Assembly: GCA_964019335.1 (NCBI GenBank)
Contig: OZ025693.1
Location: 310,001 to 374,000, forward strand
Length of the DNA stretch: 64,000 nt
Direction of reading: 5' to 3'
Origin: Diplonema japonicum
Lineage: Eukaryota; Protista; Euglenozoa: Diplonemea
Shown here piece after piece: positions 56,301 to 64,000 of the stretch; position 1 is the stretch's first letter; every line of letters begins with the position of its first letter. Under the pieces are notes generated by a model, which made no database searches, was not told the DNA's origin, and saw nothing but the letters and a program-made list of their open reading frames with translations. The translations under genes and the position numbers were made by a program.

Positions 56301-58507
56301 CCTGGCTTGGTGGGCTGTTGCACGGTTTCCGCAAAGAAGGCCATGTTTTCAAACAAGTCAAAAAGCTTGTCAATAAAAAGTAATGGGGAAAAAGAAATGT
56401 TGAGAAGTAAAAGGAACTGCATCTCCACTTCTTTTGCCTGATGTGGCTGTATCAACTATTTAACTAGGTGCTGAGTCACGCCAGAAATGTGTTGTAATTC
56501 TTTTTCTCTCGCCCTATTAAAACAGGAAAATAAAAAAAGAAAATAAAAAAAAAAAAAAAGAAACCTTGTTTAAGGAGAGGCATGCTAATAAGGAAGCCCA
56601 CAAATAACAATAATCGCTTTATGAGGGATAATTCACAATAGTAATGATTTTTTTTTAAAAAAAAAATGGACAAAACAATTGTTGCGCGCCCAAAAGCGTG
56701 TCTTTTGACGAGGGGATGAGGGCCTGCAGTACCTTTTCCTTTTTTTTTTTTTTTTTTTTTTAAACATCATTACATTTTGTGCTTGACTCCTTCTCTCGAG
56801 GTGCTGCCTTTGGCCTTTCGAAGTATTTTATTTATATTTATTTTTTGTTTTTTTATGCTCCCGCTCCCAAAGGGGAAAGGAATGGGAAAGCCAGCCACCC
56901 ACCATCAAGGGGTGGGGGAAAAAAAAAAATAAAAAACAAGAAAAAAATTCACTATGGTTCACTTTCAATAAAAATGAGGGGGGGGGGATTTTTCGTTGGA
57001 GACTACTAAAGCACGCAGATAAGAACAAACCTAAGTGGGGTGGGGAAAAAAGAAAAAAAAAGATTAGCGGGGCACGGGAAAGAACAACTTCTTAAACTTT
57101 AACGGTGGATCAGCCACAAGTCTTGGGTGCTTCAGACGGAAGTCCTTAATTTTGTCAACCGACCAAAAATGGAAGCATCCCATTCTGAAAATAGCATCAA
57201 TGGCCTTTTGGAGCAAAAACAAGGCAAGTGTAGAAAGTTTCCGTTTCCTTAAAAAAGGAAAAAAAAAAAAGCTTGGGAACGCGTTTTTTTTTTTTTTTTT
57301 TTTTTTTTTTGCCAGCCCTGGGGGAGGGGGCTGTGACTCCTTAAGCCCTACGAGTAACGAGGGAAAGACTGTCGGTTTTTAGCATCTTTGTTGCACACAT
57401 AAATCCTGGGATAAATACTGCAATACTCACTTTTTTTTTTTTTTTTTTTTTCTCTTGTTAAACAAAAGGAATCCCTACATTATTTTTCTTCTTCTTCGTT
57501 TCTTTCTTTTTTTTTTTTTTTTTTTTTTTCTTTCTTTTTTTTCTTCTTTTTTTTTGTCTTCTTCTAAATTGCTTGATCAATTTCTACCCCTTGACGCAGA
57601 TGGGAGAACAGGAACAAAAAAAAGAAAAAAAAATTGATCTTTTAACATCAAGGTGATAAGCCGAACAAGGCTCCTAGTGTACCATAAGTACAAGGGGTGG
57701 GGGTGTTTGTAGTGAAACGACACGGGTGGGTTCTAACCTGTGCGGCACCACCTCTCAGACGCGGCGTGCCTGGTCCCCGTTTCCTCGCGGTGGGGGGGGG
57801 GGGGGGGGGCATCTTTTTCTTTTGCCCTGTTTTGAAAGGTTTGTTTGCGCACGGGTGACAGTTGCTCGCCGCATTGCCTTATTCCTTTCTCCCGCCGAGC
57901 ACCGTCACCCTGACACAGACTTCCCTGAAATGACTCGCTTAAGGGGAAGTGTCGTTACGCACCTAGACCCAGCCAAAAGGTCCTGCTGCCCCTTAAAAGA
58001 AAAAAGAAAAAGCAAGAGAGAAGAAGGAAGTAAAGAGTAAGGAGGGAAATCTTTTAGAAACCACATCCCTTCGTACCCCCACTCTATCAGCTCTTTCGGT
58101 CTGCAGAATGGGAGAAATAGTATTTTAAGAAATCGAAGAATATTAAGGGAAAGAAGAAGAAGAGAAGGAGAAAAAAAAAAAGAAAAAAAGAAAAAAACAG
58201 ATATTTCTTTTTTGTTCGCGTTTTTGCGCTTACCTTTTCTTTTTTTTTTTCTTTTTTTTTTCTCCCCTATTTATTTAATACGAAGGGGCGGGGGGTGAGG
58301 GGGGATGGGACAAAAGAAATTATGAAAGACCGCAGCCCAGCAAGAGTCATAATGCCAACCGTCAGCTCTGGGGGCAGAATGGACAAAAACCAAAGAAACA
58401 ATCAAAAAGAAAGTCTTGGGAAAGAGCACAATGGGTCAGGGGCTGCGCGAAAAAAAAAAAAGGAAAAAAAATGTGCCAGGCCCTACTACTACAGGCGACT
58501 GTGCGCA

Positions 58508-61500
58508 CTATGACTCATGCTGCCTCCGGAAAAAAAAGAGAAAAAAAAACTGTGTACCTCCCCTACCTGTCTTCCTCTTGGTCAGGCTGGCTAAACGTGA
58601 CTGTTTTATGGGGGGGATTGGGCGAGGCGTCCGAGCATGTAAAGAGTTTTTCGGTTTCAGTGTTGGGGACGACTGGGGACGCGGCTTCCGCAGGGGAGCT
58701 TTGAGAAGGCTCTTTTCCCGCCCCCACACGATAACCAGAATCAGTTTCGTAGTTGCTTATAATCGAATCATTACGGAGTGCCTCAGGCCTCCCTCGCATG
58801 CTGCCGAAATTGTCTGTGAGTTCGAACTCAACCTGCTCGTGAACACTGTTGATCCTAGCCGGGTTAATCTTTCTGAAGGTGACGTCCTTCTCAAGATGGG
58901 GAAGCTTGGCCAGCGTCTCGATCGTTATGTTGTTCTTGTTTTTCTCTTCCTCACGCTGCAGCCATACATCCAAGAAATGCGTTTGTAGCTCCTCCCTCGT
59001 GATCATTCCTATAGGAGCATGTGCTGTGTTAACCACAATGATGTGCCTCAGCCCCATCGACCTGAACAGATTGAAGGCCTTTGCCAGAGAAAACGTGGGT
59101 GGGATGCTAAGCGTGCTCAGATTCGTGTAAGGAAGAAGATCCACAATGTGGTCTTCTGCAAGGTGAATCTCCTCGATCGTGATATCGATCGTGTGCCTGC
59201 TCTCGGTACGCAGCTTGTCTTCGAGGATTCTGAACTCTTTGTAGCTAAGCGGAGGTGGCGCGATCGATCCCTTGCATTTTTTTTTTTTTTGCTTTTTTGG
59301 TTCAAAACATACTTGCTTGTACCCCATGCATCCACCCGGGTTTGTCTCGTTTGTTGTCTCCAGCAAAGCGGTGAGGATCACGTTGATGGTCTCTCTTTTT
59401 TTTTTTTTTTTTGACGTTTGGAAAAAAAGGGGGGGGGGGGGAAATACCTTGGAATCGCGCCCAACAAAGTCTGATCTTCCTTCCCTCTCACCACGGGGTA
59501 TGAAGCGTGCTTGTTGTCCTCAAGCAGCGCGCACAGCTCCCGGACCGTCATCAACCGAACACAGCATCGCAGGTTGGTGGCCATGAGATCCCCAACGTGG
59601 AATAGCTCCATTTCATGCGGGGGCTCCTCCTCCAACACCGGAACATGCCTCATTTCAAGGAGCGCATCGTAGTATGGCTCGTTAAAGAGGCTCCCGATGT
59701 TCTTGGCGATGACAACAACCAGCATGATGGGGACCAGGTACTGGATGTCATTCGTGATCTCAAACAGGATTACAGACAACGAGATAGTGATCCGTGTCGA
59801 CCCTGCCAGCATCGACGCCGCGCCTAACAGCGCATACGTCCCAGGCTGCGCCTCCTCCCCAATGTAACTATGCACCATCATCCCGTATAACCTGCCCCCT
59901 AAAGCCCCTATCATGATATGAGGCACGAAGAGACCCTGCGGCATGAAAAGCCCTGCCGTGAGAACGGTGAAGACGAAGTACGCAACAAAGTATATTGCCA
60001 TTGCTCTGTAGCTGAATATGAACGGCGATCCGCTGGGTAGAACGTCCCTGCTCAGGAGGTCCCTGATTGTTTGCAGCTGAGGGAGCAGCGAGACAGTAGC
60101 TAGATCGCTGTATATTTTGTTCTCAGTGCCTTCTTTATCAAGGTCCAGTGTGGAGTTCGTGCACGTGAAGGGTAGGAAATGCAGGCCGTGGGTGTTCTCA
60201 TCGCATTGTGTCGCGTTGACGAGCTGCCCATTGCTGTCCACAAGGTCTATGAGCGGTGTGCTCAAGCAATACCCTGCCCTCGCCAGCTGGAAGTTTCCCA
60301 CGCACAGTATCGTGATCACGATCCACGCCTCGGTCATGACGACTATCGGGAACGACATGCTCCGCTTCATTCCGAAGGTTTTCTCAGCGTACGCGACCCA
60401 CTTCTTTCGCATCCGCCCCACAAAGGCGATCTTGTTCACGGCGACATGGTTGAACAACGCGCCAAGAATACCCCCCGCGACAGCCAGCGGGATCCACACT
60501 GCAAGCTCCCACATCCTGTACCGTGAGGGGACTGCCTCAGCCACCCCGAAATGCACAAGACCAGGGTCGTTGAACCTGTCACCGCCGTACACCAGCAGCG
60601 TCATTGTGAACGTAGCAAACATGCATGTGATCATCGTCCGTACTGTCTGTGAGGCCGACCAGAAGCTCGACGCTTCTTCCATGGAAAACAGCAGCCCGCC
60701 GATGGGCGCACCGAACGCAGCGGCGACACCCGCAGCAGCCCCTGCGGAGACGCAGTCCCGCTTAAAAGTGTCGTTCCTGAAGGACGACATGAACGGAAGG
60801 GAAAATTGAAACGGCCAGAAAACATTAGCTTGAGAGATCCCCCCTGCTAGGATGGCGCCTGCATGGATCATGGGTCCCTCCGGGCCCATTGCAAGACCGC
60901 TGGCAACGCCGAAAAGAACACCAAGAACCTTGACAGCAAAGGCACGAAAGCCAAGCATGCCTCGGATTCGGACACCATTGAGAAGGGCCTTGACATCCGG
61001 TACACCACTTCCGGCTGCCTCTGGAGCGAGGAGGGTGAGGAAGATGGCGATGGTCACAAAGAGGGTGCTGATCCACCACAGGTGGAAAAAGGCAATGTCA
61101 AGACGATCTTCAGCCACAAATTCGAGAACAAATTCCAACCGCCAATGCCCGAAGAATTCCTCGCCTCTCTTCAAACCGTACGCAGTGATGCCGGTCAGCA
61201 TCCCGATGACGATGAAAATGGTCCACTGTGCTAGGAGCTTGTCCCACGGATGTTTTAGCCCCACCATGGCACGGTGCTGACGCGAGAGAATGTGATCGTC
61301 TGTTCCTGCGTAGTTTAGAGACTCGAATTTTTCATTGTGCTGATATTTTGGTTGCCCCAAGCTTGCTTTCAGTTTTCGTTTCCATGCATCTGTTGGGGAC
61401 TCGACTGGTTCCCTTGTCTCCGCATTTATTGGAGCGGTGGTTGTTGCAGGCATCAAGCTCTTGTAGTCGTGACCCTCATACAAACTTAGATGATGTTTCA

Positions 61501-61744
61501 GCGCTTGCCGAGCCTCCGGGTCCATGCTGGAGATTCTCTGCAACAGAGCGCCGAAGTCTACCGGACCTTGCCACATCTCGCCGTCGCCGAGTCTGATGCT
61601 GTCGCCCTCGTTTGCTCTCATCGAGACCGACCGGTCGCCAATTTTTCCCATATGACCCCTCTTCTGGGAGAACCCTTTCAACCCATCGACAGATATATCC
61701 CCCACCGACACAAACGAATCATTGATAACACCATGTTCTTGCAT
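58508..61744 (-). CDS. CLC chloride channel/antiporter (CLC-6/7-like) with CBS domains
   Basis: GSGVPDVK, GPEGPMIH, AGAAAGVAAAFGAPIGG, GLFVP and two CBS domains. Introns 59395-59447 and ~59271-59312, plus a probable last intron near 58524-58566. Confidence 0.92.
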
Positions 61745-61792
61745 AGTAAAATGAAAAAGGACACCCTTTTGTATAAGGTTTTTTTATCCGGT

Positions 61793-61824
<32 letters not shown>

Positions 61825-62139
61825 TAAAGAAGCTACAGGAGAGTGGGAGGGGGGTGGGGAGAAAAAAAAAACAAAAACAAAACAAAAAAAGGTTTAATAA
61901 AAGTTTGAATGGAAAACGAAAAAAAAAAAAAAAAAAAAAAAAGATGGTGCGGGGAGATTATGGTGACAACAGTTTCAAAAAAAAAAAGAAGGGGGAAGGG
62001 AAAATGGTTGAAAATGAAACAAAAAGGAACAAGAGGGGGGGGGGGGGGGGGAGGAGGAGGAGGTTAACACATTATTTTCTTCTTCTTTCTTTTTTTTCCA
62101 CATTGGCTCTATGGGGGGGGGGGGGGTGTTTTGATAATC

Positions 62140-64000
62140 TTAAGCATCTACATCTAAAGGTGTTTCAGAGTACATAGCGGCAACACAGCGTGTCCCGAGA
62201 GTGTGCAAAGTAGTCTGCTCGAAAAGGGAAGGGTTCAAAGCAACATCCACGAAGAAGAGCCCCGAGACAGTGATAAGAAAGGCGAGAAGGGTATAGGTAA
62301 TAGCAGCAGCAAGACGTGGGGAAGAGGAGGCCTTAGGCTTCTTCGAAGCCTTGCTGTCACTTGCAGGCACGTCATGCACTCTCATCAGCTGCGCTTCGAG
62401 CCCTCTGTTGGTGGACCGAATCCTCTCAGAGAACTTCAAAAACCTATTGACCTCAATATTCCAAGAGGTGACAAGCTGTTCGGCTTGCCACAGCTCCAAT
62501 TTGTGACCTTTGCCAGACTTCTTGCCGTCACCCAAGGCAGCTTTTGCTTCATCCAGTTGCGCCCTTAAGCTGCTCTCATTGGCCTCTGCCTCACCTTCTT
62601 TCATCTCCTTCATCTCCTTCATGCTATCCTCCCCAAATACTGGTACTGATTGGCTTACATTTTTCACAACCTCCAGCTCCTTCTTCAGGCTGTCTCTCTC
62701 TGCCTCCAGCCTGTCGATGAGTCCTTCCATTCTGCTCAGTTCCTCTGCTGCCGTGACTGGTGTTGGTGCTTCCGCGCGTGCTTGTTCACGTTCCTTGTAG
62801 AAGTTCGCGTCCAGCAGATTTGCTGTGAGCTCCTCCACTGTCGCCCTCAGTTTTTGTATCTCTTGCTCCGCCTTTTCGTTGCTTATTGCCAGCAGTTCCT
62901 TCTCCATTTCTTTGTCCATAATTTGTTTTCTCATTACCTGCAGCTCAGCAGACTCCGCGCCTTGCTGCTGCTGTTTCACCATGCTCTCCTCCATGGCCCG
63001 TAGGCTCATCTCTTCGTGCTGTATCCTCTCTTCTTTCTCAAGTAGTTCCCTATTTCTATGTTGCGTTCTCATCTCTCTCTGCTCCATTTCTTTTTCTTGT
63101 TCCTTCAGCGCTTCGATCTTTGTCTCGAGGTCAGCTGTCCTTTGCGCCGTCTGCTCGTTGCCGATCACGGTTTGCTGTGCCTTCAGCCTGAGATGCTCGA
63201 TGGTGTCCTCCTGTTCTTCACAAACACTGCTCAGTCGTTTGATCTCCCCTTCTAGCTTCCTGTTGCTTTCTTTCATCTCATCGTTAGCGATGGTGCTGTG
63301 CTGCAGTTGTTCTTCCTTTTCTGCTGTCATGTTTTTCTGGTGTGCCAGAACGGATGCTAATTGTGCGGCTTTTGCATGTTCTTCTGACAGCAGTTGCTCC
63401 TTCTTCTCCAAGGCACTTGCCTGGGCGGACAGTGTGGCCTCCATCTCTGCGACACGTCCCTCGTTGCTGACCGTCAGCATTGTAGGCTCGTTCATCTTCT
63501 CGCGCATCGAAGCCACTTCAGCGTCATGGGACACCCTGAGCTCTAGCAGCTGCTTCTTCAGAGCAACGGCATCGTATTCCCACTGTGCTGCTGCCGACGA
63601 AGATTTGGACCCTGCCACCTCGAGCTCTGCTCTCAGCTCGCCGTTTTCGTCAGAGCATCTCTTCAGCGACCCTTGCGACTGCCTCAGTTCCTCCTCCTTC
63701 TCCCCCAGCTCCTGCTGCACGTTGGTAAGCAATCTTGTTATCTCTTTCAGCTTCTTCTCCAATCCAGCTATTTCTTCCCTCTGCACCCCCCCAGGTCCTA
63801 TCTGACGGTCGAGCTCTTGCTTCACTTCCTGTGTGTCAGCCTTGGAGTTCTCCAGCTCACGCTCGCGCTGCTTCATGTTGTCGATGGATTGCTTGAGGGA
63901 GAAGTTAAGGGCGGCTGTGTTGCGCCTCTCCACCTCGAGGTCCCGCGTCAGGGCGTCTATCTCCTCCATGTCCTCCATCTTGCTGGTCCGCAAGGCTGTG
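62140..64000 (-). CDS. Long coiled-coil protein with C-terminal transmembrane anchor (golgin-like); start lies outside the window
   Basis: Heptad-rich ORF open to the window edge, with hydrophobic LAAAITYTLLAFLITVSGLFFV near the C-terminus. Confidence 0.7.
   Translation of the reverse strand, partial: TALRTSKMEDMEEIDALTRDLEVERRNTAALNFSLKQSIDNMKQRERELENSKADTQEVKQELDRQIGPGGVQREEIAGLEKKLKEITRLLTNVQQELGEKEEELRQSQGSLKRCSDENGELRAELEVAGSKSSSAAAQWEYDAVALKKQLLELRVSHDAEVASMREKMNEPTMLTVSNEGRVAEMEATLSAQASALEKKEQLLSEEHAKAAQLASVLAHQKNMTAEKEEQLQHSTIANDEMKESNRKLEGEIKRLSSVCEEQEDTIEHLRLKAQQTVIGNEQTAQRTADLETKIEALKEQEKEMEQREMRTQHRNRELLEKEERIQHEEMSLRAMEESMVKQQQQGAESAELQVMRKQIMDKEMEKELLAISNEKAEQEIQKLRATVEELTANLLDANFYKEREQARAEAPTPVTAAEELSRMEGLIDRLEAERDSLKKELEVVKNVSQSVPVFGEDSMKEMKEMKEGEAEANESSLRAQLDEAKAALGDGKKSGKGHKLELWQAEQLVTSWNIEVNRFLKFSERIRSTNRGLEAQLMRVHDVPASDSKASKKPKASSSPRLAAAITYTLLAFLITVSGLFFVDVALNPSLFEQTTLHTLGTRCVAAMYSETPLDVDA

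Overview
Eukaryotic, intron-containing nuclear DNA, very likely from a diplonemid (Euglenozoa). A 37-nt copy of a euglenozoan-type spliced leader (SL) sits at 27238-27274 (-). All ~22 recognisable genes lie on the minus strand, introns are mostly short GT-AG, and intergenic DNA is saturated with A/T/G/C homopolymers. Genes: three paralogues of a secreted permuted-papain (NlpC/P60-like) protein, Mpv17/PMP22, a FAM227-like protein, WD40, a tandem pair of spliced 57-aa microproteins missed by the ORF track, Kelch, a GT37-like fucosyltransferase, tryptophan 2,3-dioxygenase, FYVE protein, a Cys-rich membrane protein, a giant DTPAP-mucin surface protein, kynurenine 3-monooxygenase ending in a PTS1 (-CKL), lysyl-tRNA synthetase, CFAP251/WDR66, a Ubl+CCCH protein, a CLC channel and a coiled-coil tail-anchored protein. 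The most unusual system is a family of APE-RT non-LTR retroelements with three insertions. All three are co-oriented with host transcription, lack a poly(A) tail and are bracketed by oligo(T). One copy (25057-27274) begins with the SL exon, is followed by its own antisense-SL hairpin, and carries a degenerate OTU domain. There are also several non-autonomous TIR elements, two with a long hairpin outside one TIR. All calls are by eye from sequence and motif recall; no searches were run.
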